A DNA stretch of 64,000 nucleotides from Candidatus Krumholzibacteriota bacterium. Lineage in GTDB: Bacteria > Krumholzibacteriota > Krumholzibacteriia > Krumholzibacteriales > Krumholzibacteriaceae. The position numbers and the translations under genes were made by a program. Where the stretch lies: contig JAFGBF010000030.1 of assembly GCA_016933255.1 (NCBI GenBank), positions 3,336-67,335 on the forward strand. The letters are read 5' to 3'. Shown one piece after another: positions 1 through 9,087 of the stretch; the first letter of the stretch is position 1, and each line of letters begins with the position of its first letter. The notes below the pieces were generated by a model that was not told where the DNA came from, did not search any database, and saw nothing but the letters and a program-made list of their open reading frames with translations.

Positions 1-1
1 T

Positions 2-2203
2 CCCGCCTCTCTTCAGCTGTTCGATCTTACCGTCCTGTCTGATGAGGAGGGGGGGGAAGGAACCTCCGTTCGAATAGCGGAGAAGGCCGCTGGAATCATC
101 GTATTTGGCATAGAAGAATGTCGCAAATTTGCTTAATTCGCTTCTCCTGTAGAGTGATTTGTTCAGGGCGGTGATGACCTCTGCCGGAGATTTCTCTGTA
201 GTAGCTTCTGATCTGAAAGAGGCCTGAAGGGTAGTCATCAGAAGGGAAGCCGGAATACCTTTCCCCGAGACATCAGCGACGGCAATACCGACGACCTCTT
301 CAGTGAATTCAACGAAATCATAAAAATCTCCACCGACATCCATGCTGTTAAGCAATCTGCCGGAGATTGAGGTGTTATTAAGCTCAGGGGGGTTCTCCGG
401 CAATAATCTTTTCTGTATCTCGCTGGCAAGACGGACCTCTTTTTCGAGTTTTTCTTTCTCCACCGAGACATTGAACAGGATATTGTGCCTTATCGCGGCC
501 GAACACCTTTCGCCTATCAACTCGAGTATCTCGGCGTCAGTCCTGTTATACGGTTTTCCGGATCTCTTCTTTCCAAGAAGGATGAAACCGAGCATCTCAT
601 TCTGTTCGATCAACGGAAGAATAACGGAGACATTCAATAGAGAGATAAGCTCTATCGATATCCTGTCAAGATTGTTATTTATCCATAACCGGTCATAGTA
701 TTCGACCATGATAGGACGCCTTTTTTCCCGTGACATATTAATGATCTCTATCCCGTCTGGAAATTCTGTCAAAGGAATGTGGATCCCGGCAGGACTGCTC
801 TGCCTGTGAATGAACTTTTTACTCCCGTCTTTCAGGAATATGTGGATGTGCTCCGACTTGAGAAGGTTTTTCAGCTCAGAAACCGCGAAATCCGAGATCT
901 CCTTTATGGATCCCAGGAATTGTATTCTCCGGGAGAATTCTATCACCTTTGACCTGAAGACCTTTCGGTCTTTCATAAACAGCCGGTCCACAAAATTCTG
1001 GATCTCGGCTTTTACGAGAAGGACCGCGATCAGGGCAAGGAGGACAGATGCCAGTATGGTCGGATAGTGTCCGCCTCCTGGAAAATTCGGGAATTTCGGG
1101 CCGAATGCTTTTGCTGAAAAATAGAATAAGCCGACAAAAAATATCGGCAGGATGACATAAGCGAGTCCAGCTTTGAAAACCTTTCGCATATCGAATGCAT
1201 CATGTTTCAGGATTGCGTACGCAAAAGAGATCGAGATGAAAGAAAGGGATATCATCGAGAGGAATTCCAGCGGCAAATGAAAGGAAGGTACAAACTGCCG
1301 CAGCACTATTACCGCGGTCACGGGGACAGTCCCTGTCACGAGGCCCAGCGCCGCTATTCTGAACTTGATCTTCTGAATGCTGTCGGATGTCATATATGTA
1401 CGGATAAACATCGTCACTCCGCCGATCATATAGAGCACCCAGTAGATGGAGACGATACTGTTGGAGATAAGCAGTATCGAAGGGTCTATCTCCGATGAAT
1501 AGTTCATAAGCGCAAGGACAAAAAAGGAGATGAATATCAGAGAGGGGGGGAGGTAGAGCCATTTTGTCAACATTGAACGCCTTGAGCCTCTGTGGATATC
1601 CTTTCCTGGAAATATGAGAAAAAAATGCAGGAATACTGCCGGCAAAAATGCGAAAAGGCAATCATAGAACAATTCCCCGATCACATGTAATACCGGCGTC
1701 GAGACTGCCGGCCTCTCTGTCAGCAGGAACGAAAAAATAAAACAGTTGATGCTGAAAAGTCTGCCCAGTATGTCATGCCGTTTCAGGATAAGGTAGAAGC
1801 CCACAAGTATGAAAGTAAACGCAACGAAGGAAAGGGCGATCTTTTCGAAGAACCTGGGCCGGGGCTGGCTGATATATTCTATTTTCGTATGGAACAAAGA
1901 ATCACCTCTGGCAATGGTGTAAGTCTGCGGTCGATGATCCAGGTTGGAATATGTCAGATATTTGAAATGGATGATATTTCTGACAGGGACGCCATCGACA
2001 GCGAAAATACGGTCACCAGCTATGAGACCTGAATCTTTCGCTGGACTATCATCGAAATATTCGAGAAATACCAGGTTACTATGGCGGATCCCGTGATAAG
2101 GAGAGTTCGCAAAATCCTCGAGACCAAAAAAGTCAAGGAGAATGATCACAAGCGCAACGGCTATCAAAACGCATCGAAGAAATCTGGCCACTTGATTCCC
2201 CAT
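2..2203 (-). CDS. Membrane-bound PP2C/SpoIIE (RsbU-like) serine phosphatase with N-terminal PDZ-like domain, multi-TM region and GAF-like domain; 3' end runs off the window
   Basis: Not in the ORF track because it is open at the edge. Manual translation from ATG 2203 gives MGNQVARFLRCVLIAVALVIILL, then PDZ-like DSPAKDSGLIAGDRIFAVDGVPV and hydrophobic helices. The C-terminal part has VGGDFYDF, AVADVSGKGIPASLLM and YSNGGSFPPLL (SpoIIE motifs). Both ends are in the same frame. Confidence 0.85.
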   Translation of the reverse strand, partial: MGNQVARFLRCVLIAVALVIILLDFFGLEDFANSPYHGIRHSNLVFLEYFDDSPAKDSGLIAGDRIFAVDGVPVRNIIHFKYLTYSNLDHRPQTYTIARGDSLFHTKIEYISQPRPRFFEKIALSFVAFTFILVGFYLILKRHDILGRLFSINCFIFSFLLTERPAVSTPVLHVIGELFYDCLFAFLPAVFLHFFLIFPGKDIHRGSRRSMLTKWLYLPPSLIFISFFVLALMNYSSEIDPSILLISNSIVSIYWVLYMIGGVTMFIRTYMTSDSIQKIKFRIAALGLVTGTVPVTAVIVLRQFVPSFHLPLEFLSMISLSFISISFAYAILKHDAFDMRKVFKAGLAYVILPIFFVGLFYFSAKAFGPKFPNFPGGGHYPTILASVLLALIAVLLVKAEIQNFVDRLFMKDRKVFRSKVIEFSRRIQFLGSIKEISDFAVSELKNLLKSEHIHIFLKDGSKKFIHRQSSPAGIHIPLTEFPDGIEIINMSREKRRPIMVEYYDRLWINNNLDRISIELISLLNVSVILPLIEQNEMLGFILLGKKRSGKPYNRTDAEILELIGERCSAAIRHNILFNVSVEKEKLEKEVRLASEIQKRLLPENPPELNNTSISGRLLNSMDVGGDFYDFVEFTEEVVGIAVADVSGKGIPASLLMTTLQASFRSEATTEKSPAEVITALNKSLYRRSELSKFATFFYAKYDDSSGLLRYSNGGSFPPLLIRQDGKIEQLKRGG

Positions 2204-2226
2204 TTGAAGTCCGACCCTTGCAAGTC

Positions 2227-2255
2227 ATTATCACAGAATAAGGTAATAATGTCAA
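2227..2255 (-). promoter_or_regulatory. sigma70-type promoter for the PP2C gene
   Basis: Minus strand TTGACA-N17-GATAAT just upstream of ATG 2203. Confidence 0.55.
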
Positions 2256-2355
2256 TTCAAATCCAATCTGGCCGGCCCCGTATTTATTAATTGCATAATT
2301 ACCTTGAATTATAGACGGACAAGATGTTAATTATTGCTAAAGGAGGTAAGTAGAT

Positions 2356-3024
2356 TTGACTCATAATAAGTTAACGAAACACGAATTAAAAGACGATGCC
2401 TTTGTGACTTTTGTTCTCGATGCCCGGGAATACATAAGGGAAAATCAGAATAAGATATTCATAGGCCTGATAGCGCTCGTAGTGCTGATCGCAGGCAGCC
2501 TCTGGATGAATAATTCCCGAATACAGGCGAGGGAAGAGGCAAAGGCCCATTTTTCCGAAGCTCTCAGTTCTTTTAGAAACGGTCAGATACAGAGCGCGGA
2601 AGAACTGTTCAGACTAACTGAAGAAAGATTCGGCAAGCTTCAGGAAGGCGCGTATTCAGCCTATTTCATCGGTCAATGTGCCTTGATCGATGGAAGAAAC
2701 GCCGAAGCGATCGAAGCGTTCGAAAACTATCTCGATAGAGCAGGGAAATTCCCTTTCTTCAAAAAAGCCGCAATGGATGGTATGGCTACCGCTTTCGGAA
2801 ATGACAGGAATTATGACAGGGCAGCTGAGATATATATTGATTTGATCGCCGAAATCAAAGATGATTCATTTATGGAGAATCTCTATCTTAAAAAAGGCGC
2901 GGAGATGTGCAGGCTCAGCAATCGGAATGACCAGGCTATAGAGATGCTCGAACGTTTACTTGAAAAGACCACGGGAGTGGAACGGAGGGATATTCAGATA
3001 GAGCTGGATATCCTGCGTGGATAG
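2356..3024 (+). CDS. Membrane-anchored tetratricopeptide-repeat protein (YfgM-like)
   Basis: TTG start after AGGAGG; ELKDDAF N-terminus, single TM helix, TPR-like helical repeats. Confidence 0.75.
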   Translation: MTHNKLTKHELKDDAFVTFVLDAREYIRENQNKIFIGLIALVVLIAGSLWMNNSRIQAREEAKAHFSEALSSFRNGQIQSAEELFRLTEERFGKLQEGAYSAYFIGQCALIDGRNAEAIEAFENYLDRAGKFPFFKKAAMDGMATAFGNDRNYDRAAEIYIDLIAEIKDDSFMENLYLKKGAEMCRLSNRNDQAIEMLERLLEKTTGVERRDIQIELDILRG

Positions 3025-3027
3025 AAT

Positions 3028-3432
3028 ATGAACGATCTTGAGTTAAAAAGCGCTGGGGGAGAGGCAGGCCCCGGACCGACCGACAGGGCAAGATGGATTT
3101 CAGCCATCAGCTACCTGAGTTTTTTCTGCTTTATTTCTCTGTGGAAATCCAGGGGGGATGACTTTATAAAGTATCATGCCAGACAGGGATTCCTGCTTCT
3201 TCTGGCTGAAGTAATTATCCTTGTCCTGGCTAAGATACTCGACCTTTCAATAGGGAGATTGCCTTTTATAGGCATGCTTGTCGTCGGTCTCGTCCAGCTC
3301 GTCGCAGGCCTTGGAGCTCTGACGCTGTCCGTTCTTGGATTTGTAAAGGCTCTCTTTGGGGAGTACTGGGAACTGCCCCTGCTTGGAGAGTACAGGGACA
3401 GGATTCCCGGTCTGCACAGGGGAGACGGTTAG
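3028..3432 (+). CDS. DUF4870-like small membrane protein
   Basis: AISYL...DDFIKYHARQG...KALFGEYWELPLLG pattern with 3 TM helices. Confidence 0.7.
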   Translation: MNDLELKSAGGEAGPGPTDRARWISAISYLSFFCFISLWKSRGDDFIKYHARQGFLLLLAEVIILVLAKILDLSIGRLPFIGMLVVGLVQLVAGLGALTLSVLGFVKALFGEYWELPLLGEYRDRIPGLHRGDG

Positions 3433-3549
3433 CGTTTTGTCTTGACACAGATTAAACCCCCGGTTTAACCTGTGCGCGATGAGGTAAGGTACCCAGAGGA
3501 AGTGTTCAGTTTTTCAGGGATTGGTTTTAAACGCAGGGAGGGTTCGGAT

Positions 3550-4116
3550 ATGAGAAAAATGGTATTGTTTTTGATGGTTTTGGCTGTCTTTGCTACGGGA
3601 GTGCAGGCGCACGGCGGTTCGATCGGACTATATACTTCTGCGCTCGCCGATGACTGCGACGCTGACGTTGCTCCTTTCGCTCCGTTCTCAATATTTATTG
3701 TGTACTACAGGAGCGACGCCGGACCTGACGGGATAAACGGCGCTGAATTCAAAGCGGTATTCGACATACCCGGTGTTAATTACGGCGTCTTTACCCCGCC
3801 TGCGGGGACTCTTACCACAGGTGATGTGTCCACAGGCATAGGAATCACCTTCAGGGACGGATGCACGGGAAGCGGATCGAACTATGTTTATCTTGGGACA
3901 CAACAGGTTATCGCCCTCGGGGTTTTCGACTGGACGATGCATGTAGTGGCGAATCCTGAGTCTGAACCCGAGGCCGGCATATGGGTATCCCGGTGCGACG
4001 CACTGAAGACGCTTGCTCCTGTGCTGGGCGGATGGTTCCACGAAGGAAACGGAACCTGTACACTCCCGACTAAGGCATCATCCTGGGGCGCTATTAAAAG
4101 CATCTATACCGAATAG
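3550..4116 (+). CDS. Secreted Cys-containing protein with C-terminal 'TKASSWGAIKSIY' motif
   Basis: Start re-assigned to ATG 3550 (AGGGAGGG RBS); signal peptide MRKMVLFLMVLAVFATGVQA; 4 Cys; followed by a terminator. Confidence 0.8.
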   Translation: MRKMVLFLMVLAVFATGVQAHGGSIGLYTSALADDCDADVAPFAPFSIFIVYYRSDAGPDGINGAEFKAVFDIPGVNYGVFTPPAGTLTTGDVSTGIGITFRDGCTGSGSNYVYLGTQQVIALGVFDWTMHVVANPESEPEAGIWVSRCDALKTLAPVLGGWFHEGNGTCTLPTKASSWGAIKSIYTE

Positions 4117-4131
4117 GCGAGAGAGAGAGCG

Positions 4132-4164
4132 AAAGCCCGTACGACCTTCTGTACGGGCTTTTTT
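4132..4164 (+). terminator. Rho-independent terminator
   Basis: AAAGCCCGTAC / GTACGGGCTTT stem followed by a T run, directly after stop 4116. Confidence 0.8.
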
Positions 4165-4178
4165 ACTGTTCGATTAAA

Positions 4179-4206
4179 ATGTCGCATAATATATATTATG
4201 TTAATC
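4179..4206 (+). other. dif: dif site (XerC/XerD chromosome dimer resolution site)
   Basis: ATGTCGCATAA-TATATA-TTATGTTAATC versus E. coli dif GGTGCGCATAA-TGTATA-TTATGTTAAAT; intergenic, between convergent genes. Confidence 0.85.
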
Positions 4207-4276
4207 AAGAGAAGCCGGATTCCCGCCATCTGATGATATTCCATTATTTATCAATGAGTTGCAAAAATGCGGCTTT

Positions 4277-6787
4277 CTAGACAGCTACTATATTGACCAA
4301 TTTCCCCGGTACTATGATTATCTTCCTGATCTCTTTGCCGCTCAGCAGCGGTTTTATTTTTTCATCCTCAAGAGCGATCTCTTCCAGTCTTTCTTTTTCT
4401 ATATCTTTTTCTACTTCGATCTTTGATCTGATCTTTCCGTTCACCTGAAGTACAAGAACGAACGTATCGGATTTCAGGTACCTTTTGTCCGCCTCAGGAA
4501 GCTTTTCTTTGAATATCGTCTCAGAGTGCCCCGATCTCTCCCAGAGTTCCTCGCAGATATGCGGCGCCATCGGAGCCAGCAGAATATTGATGATCGTCAT
4601 GGAATATCTTAACAGTTCTCGGGAACTTTCTTTTCCCGAGAGAAAATCCTCGTTCTGTTCAACAAAAAGATATAACGAATTGGTAAGTTCCATCAATGCG
4701 CTGATAGCTGTATTGAAATGGAAATTACCGTCCAGAATATCGTGTTTGACGCGCGCTATCGTCTGCTGTGTCTTTCTGTAGACATCGAGCTCCTGATCGG
4801 TCAATTGTTCAGGATCAGCACCGACAGCTTTCTTTGAGGCAAAAGTCTCCTCGTATCTGGTGAATAATCTCCAGACCCTGTTTATAAAGCGATACGCTCC
4901 TTCAACAGACCTGTCGTTCCATTCCGCATCTTTTTCTGGAGGCCCTATAAACAGCGTATAAAGGCGGACTGTATCAGCTCCGTACTTATCTATCAGAGGC
5001 TTCGGATCTACAGTGTTTCCGGCGCTTTTGGACATCTTTGCGCCATGCCTCGTTATCATACCCTGGGTGAAAAGATTCTCGAAAGGCTCGTCAAAATCCA
5101 GCAACTGATTATCATTAAGGAATTTAACAATAAATCTGGAATACAGCAGGTGCAGGATCGCATGTTCGATACCGCCTATATACTGGTCTACGGGAAGCCA
5201 TCTATTGACCTTTTCCCTGTCAAAAGCCTGTGTTTCATCGTGGGGAGAAAGATACCTGAGAAAATACCAGCTGGAATCTACAAAGGTATCCATCGTATCT
5301 GTATCGCGTCTTGCGTCATCTCCGCAACTGGGACATTTCGTATTGACGAACTCATCTGAAGAGGCAAGCGGCGATTTCCCATCCGACTTAGGCATAAAAT
5401 CCACATCTTCAGGAAGCAACACAGGAAGATCCTCTTCCGGGACAGGTACTACTCCGCATTTCGCGCAATGGATCATCGGTATAGGTGCTCCCCAGTATCT
5501 CTGCCTCGATATCAGCCAGTCTTTTAGCCTGTAATGCACAGTCCGCCAGGCCAGCCCTTTTTCCGAAAGAGAATCGGTAATCTTTTCCATCGCATCCCTG
5601 TTACGCATCCCGTCGAATTCATCGGAGTTTATCATTACTCCATCTTCGGTATAGGCACTTTCGAGCTTATCAGTGACCCTGCCTCCCTCAGCAGCGATCA
5701 CCTGCAGTATGGGGATATTCAATGACGGATCAGAGGCGAATTCAAAATCTCTCTGATCGTGCGCAGGAACACCCATTATTACCCCGGTCCCGTAATCCAT
5801 AAGCACATAACTCGCCAGAAATACCGGGACTCTCTTTCCCGTGGCAGGATTGACGGCATAACTGCCGGTAAAGAAGCCTTCCTTGGTGTTTTCAGTCTTC
5901 TCCCTCTCCATTAAACGCAGCTGCTTTACATGCTCGATGAATTTCAACCCTTCCTGCTCCTTGAATCCGCTCTTTATCAGGGTGTGCGCAAGGGGGTGAT
6001 CAGCCGCCAGGACTATGAATGTAGCACCGTAGATAGTATCTGCCCTTGTTGTAAAGCAGTTTAGGACTTCATCCGAATCCGCGAGCTTGAAGGCGATTTC
6101 CACACCCTCGCTCCTGCCGATCCAGTTTTTCTGCATAACGCGGACCCGCTCAGGCCAGTTTTTCAGCTTGTCAAGATCTTCCAGAAGCTTATCGGCGTAT
6201 ACTGTTATCCGAAAAAACCATTGTTTGAGTTTTCTTCCCTCAATCTCTGATTTGCACCTTTCGCATTGGCCTCCGACGACCTGTTCATTCGCAAGCACAG
6301 TCCTGCACGACGGGCACCAGTTGACAGATGCTTCTTCCTGGTAAGCAAGGTTCGATTTGAAAAGCTGCAGGAACAGCCATTGAGTCCATTTATAATAATC
6401 AGGTCTGCATGATGCTACCTCTCTTGACCAGTCATACACCACACCCCACTTTTGAAACTGCATCTTCATATTGGCGATATTTTCTTCCGTCCATCTTGAA
6501 GGCTGGATATTGTTTTTTATCGCTGCATTTTCAGCTGGAAGGCCGAAAGAATCCCACCCCATCGGAGCCAGCACGTTGACTCCTTCCATCATCTTGATCC
6601 GCGCAAGCGCGTCACCTATGATGTAATTTCTTCCGTGACCAACATGAAGGTTTCCGGAAGGATAAGGAAACATCATCAGACAGTAATACTTGCTTTCAGG
6701 TGAATCAAGATCGCAGAGAAAAAGTTCTTTCCACCGATCCTGCCATTTTTTTTCAGTTTCTTTAAATGGAAAAAGGTCCTGCATCAA
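4277..6787 (-). CDS. leuS: Leucine--tRNA ligase
   Basis: [13 protein letters not shown] (HIGH), [20 protein letters not shown], editing domain. Confidence 0.98.
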   Translation of the reverse strand: MMQDLFPFKETEKKWQDRWKELFLCDLDSPESKYYCLMMFPYPSGNLHVGHGRNYIIGDALARIKMMEGVNVLAPMGWDSFGLPAENAAIKNNIQPSRWTEENIANMKMQFQKWGVVYDWSREVASCRPDYYKWTQWLFLQLFKSNLAYQEEASVNWCPSCRTVLANEQVVGGQCERCKSEIEGRKLKQWFFRITVYADKLLEDLDKLKNWPERVRVMQKNWIGRSEGVEIAFKLADSDEVLNCFTTRADTIYGATFIVLAADHPLAHTLIKSGFKEQEGLKFIEHVKQLRLMEREKTENTKEGFFTGSYAVNPATGKRVPVFLASYVLMDYGTGVIMGVPAHDQRDFEFASDPSLNIPILQVIAAEGGRVTDKLESAYTEDGVMINSDEFDGMRNRDAMEKITDSLSEKGLAWRTVHYRLKDWLISRQRYWGAPIPMIHCAKCGVVPVPEEDLPVLLPEDVDFMPKSDGKSPLASSDEFVNTKCPSCGDDARRDTDTMDTFVDSSWYFLRYLSPHDETQAFDREKVNRWLPVDQYIGGIEHAILHLLYSRFIVKFLNDNQLLDFDEPFENLFTQGMITRHGAKMSKSAGNTVDPKPLIDKYGADTVRLYTLFIGPPEKDAEWNDRSVEGAYRFINRVWRLFTRYEETFASKKAVGADPEQLTDQELDVYRKTQQTIARVKHDILDGNFHFNTAISALMELTNSLYLFVEQNEDFLSGKESSRELLRYSMTIINILLAPMAPHICEELWERSGHSETIFKEKLPEADKRYLKSDTFVLVLQVNGKIRSKIEVEKDIEKERLEEIALEDEKIKPLLSGKEIRKIIIVPGKLVNIVAV

Positions 6788-7029
6788 TAAACTTCCTTGA
6801 AATAATTCATATCTAAAAGCAGGTGAAAATCGTCACCCGCAATATCTACTTCTGTCTCTACACCCCTGGCCTTGAAAAAAGCTCTGACCTCACCGACTGC
6901 TTTCTCATTCGAAACTATTATCCTCACCATCCCTGATGTGATCCCTGAAATACTCCTTTTTACGAGCAGCAGCACACTCGGTGTTTCGAGTCCTCTGGCT
7001 AATATCTTTATCTCTTTGTTATCTTCCAT
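6784..7029 (-). CDS. TusA/SirA-like small protein lacking the catalytic Cys
   Basis: [17 protein letters not shown] resembles TusA LDxRGLxCPxP; about 80 aa; likely start ATG 7029; stop overlaps leuS start. Confidence 0.55.
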   Translation of the reverse strand: MEDNKEIKILARGLETPSVLLLVKRSISGITSGMVRIIVSNEKAVGEVRAFFKARGVETEVDIAGDDFHLLLDMNYFKEVY

Positions 7030-7127
7030 TTCGAAGAGCACCTTTATTGCAAGCCATGACAACTATAATAACCGGACTGATATATCAGACTGTTTTCCAG
7101 AGAAGATATAGCCTCATCGATCTTCTC

Positions 7128-7481
7128 TCAAGTGGATTCGGCAAGCGTTCTCAATTTCTTCGATAAAGTATCTCGAGTCACCGATCCTACGGACTGATCG
7201 AATACCTCTCCCTTTCTTATAAAAAGCAGCGTTGGAATGCTTCGTACGGAATATTTGGATGCTGTCCTGCTGCAGTCATTTACATCCACTTTATAAAAAG
7301 ATACCCGGCCATCATATTCGGAAGCCATTTCCTGAAGTATTACTTCAAGATCCCGGCATGGGACGCACCACTTCGCCGAAAAATCGACAACGGCCGGTTT
7401 TCCCGATTCTATTACTATTTCATTAAACTCATCATCCGCGACCTCAGCTATCTTTGCACCGGCAACCATTTCCTTTTCCAC
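7128..7481 (-). CDS. Thioredoxin family protein (WCVPC active site)
   Basis: VVDFSAKWCVPCR, KVDV, VRSIPTLLF. Confidence 0.9.
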   Translation of the reverse strand: MEKEMVAGAKIAEVADDEFNEIVIESGKPAVVDFSAKWCVPCRDLEVILQEMASEYDGRVSFYKVDVNDCSRTASKYSVRSIPTLLFIRKGEVFDQSVGSVTRDTLSKKLRTLAEST

Positions 7482-7519
7482 CCTCCTTTTTCAAATTATA
7501 GCGGCCCGGGTATCTCATC

Positions 7520-8551
7520 TCACGGAGAGATACCGTTAACACCCTCGATTCTAATTCCTCTGCTCGAATGGACAAATACACTTTCCAGTATCAGTATTTC
7601 CGGAAATGAGACACTCTTCATCAAGATCTCCGCTACACGCAGGTTTTCCAGCCAGATTATTATCCTTTTGGTGCCCAGCCTCTCGGCTTTTCGAATCAGT
7701 TTTTCGACCAGATAACCTCCTCCCCTTTTAGGGGCCGCTCTTACCCTAAGAAGAGCGAGAAAATGCCGAATAAGCAGATATACTACTACTGATGGCCTCT
7801 CAGCGCCAGACTTCAATATTCCAGACAACAACTCAATCGGCCTGTTACCGTCCTCAAGTCCCGTAGAATCGAGAAGGTCATTGACAGTGCTCAACCTGTA
7901 GCTGCCGATAACGCGTGCAAGCTCTGCCGTAGTCACTTCTTTCTTCTCATAAAAAAGAGACAACTTGTCCAATTCATTTTGTATGTTATAAAGATCTTCC
8001 CCGACACTGCCGATAAGGACTCCCGCAGTTTTTCGGTCAATCTTTAATCCGCTTTTTTCCGCTTTTTTTCGGACATATTCCTGAAGATCGTTCATTAATA
8101 GAGGTTCAAACTGAATGACCTTTCCGTTCTTTTTTACAGCAGACTCGAGAGAGGCATAATCCTTCGGAAGTTTTATACGCCTTCCCGCATCGTCATGAGT
8201 GTTGCAGAGAAAGACCACGACACTGGAAGAGACAGGGTCATTTGTGTATTTGACCAGCTGTTTCCATTTTCCTTTCAGTTTATGCAGTTCTTTCAGGACA
8301 AGAATCCTTTTCTCTCCAAGAAACGGGAATGAGTTAGCCGTCGAGATGAATATTTCCATATCGACTTCACCCCCATATTCAACAGCAAGGTTAAAACTCT
8401 CCATATCTTCGCCGACGACTTTTTCAATCAAACGCGATGTCAGCTCCTCCATGATATAGCGTTCCTGGCCCTTGAAAATATAGACGGGAGCGATATCCGC
8501 TTTCTCTATTTCTGCAAATACTTTTTTATAATAAGCAATATTTTTTCTCAA
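7520..8551 (-). CDS. holA: DNA polymerase III subunit delta
   Basis: APVYIFKGQERY, SFPFLGEKRILVLK, IQNELDKL; adjacent to lptE and leuS. Confidence 0.9.
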   Translation of the reverse strand: MRKNIAYYKKVFAEIEKADIAPVYIFKGQERYIMEELTSRLIEKVVGEDMESFNLAVEYGGEVDMEIFISTANSFPFLGEKRILVLKELHKLKGKWKQLVKYTNDPVSSSVVVFLCNTHDDAGRRIKLPKDYASLESAVKKNGKVIQFEPLLMNDLQEYVRKKAEKSGLKIDRKTAGVLIGSVGEDLYNIQNELDKLSLFYEKKEVTTAELARVIGSYRLSTVNDLLDSTGLEDGNRPIELLSGILKSGAERPSVVVYLLIRHFLALLRVRAAPKRGGGYLVEKLIRKAERLGTKRIIIWLENLRVAEILMKSVSFPEILILESVFVHSSRGIRIEGVNGISP

Positions 8552-8555
8552 AATA

Positions 8556-9068
8556 TTACCAGTCCTCTACAGTTGACGACAGAATCGACTCGACAATCTC
8601 CCTGTAGACATCTTCCAGCGCTTTTGCAAATGTCTGTTCTGATGATGTCTCGAGATAATAATCTCCATGAGAGACAATTGTTTTGTTTTCCCAGATATAT
8701 GAATTCTTATTCTTGTCAAAAAGAGAAGCATTCAATCGTACAGTAAGCCTGTACTGCTCAGCCTGGATTTCCGTTCCGCTTTCAGAAAAAGTAAATGGAA
8801 CGTTTCTGTATTCCTTAATAGCAGCCTCGAGTATCCCGTCAGCATCGGCGTCTGAGACTACTTTCAATGTATTGTCATTGATGATCCCATCGATGATCTT
8901 TTGCGTGATCTCTATCTCTATGTCAGGCTCTGAAGTCTCATTAGAAAGATAAGGGATGGCGATCCTTTTTATGTCGCCTGCAGTCCTGCTGGAAGTACGG
9001 TAGAATCCGCATGAAACGGAGAAAAGGATAATTGCATTAAGTGCTACCACTACCAGGATTCTTTTCAA
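8556..9068 (-). CDS. lptE: LptE-family LPS assembly lipoprotein
   Basis: Lipobox SVSC-G, IKRIAIPYLSNET, ADGILEAAI; leuS/holA synteny; probable TTG start 9068 after AAAGGGAG. Confidence 0.8.
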   Translation of the reverse strand: MKRILVVVALNAIILFSVSCGFYRTSSRTAGDIKRIAIPYLSNETSEPDIEIEITQKIIDGIINDNTLKVVSDADADGILEAAIKEYRNVPFTFSESGTEIQAEQYRLTVRLNASLFDKNKNSYIWENKTIVSHGDYYLETSSEQTFAKALEDVYREIVESILSSTVEDW

Positions 9069-9087
9069 AACTCTCCCTTTCAGAACA

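Noticed and set aside
48-56. Poly-G tract as a phase-variation site
   Set aside because: Encodes the in-frame Pro-Pro-Leu of the conserved SpoIIE motif; no frameshift seen
238-2290. Several short ORFs on both strands
   Set aside because: Alternative frames of the single edge-truncated PP2C gene
4118-4130. (GA)n microsatellite
   Set aside because: Too short, and just a spacer before the terminator
4249-4261. Perfect IHF consensus TATCAATGAGTTG about 40 bp from dif
   Set aside because: A short degenerate motif in AT-rich DNA can arise by chance; no independent support
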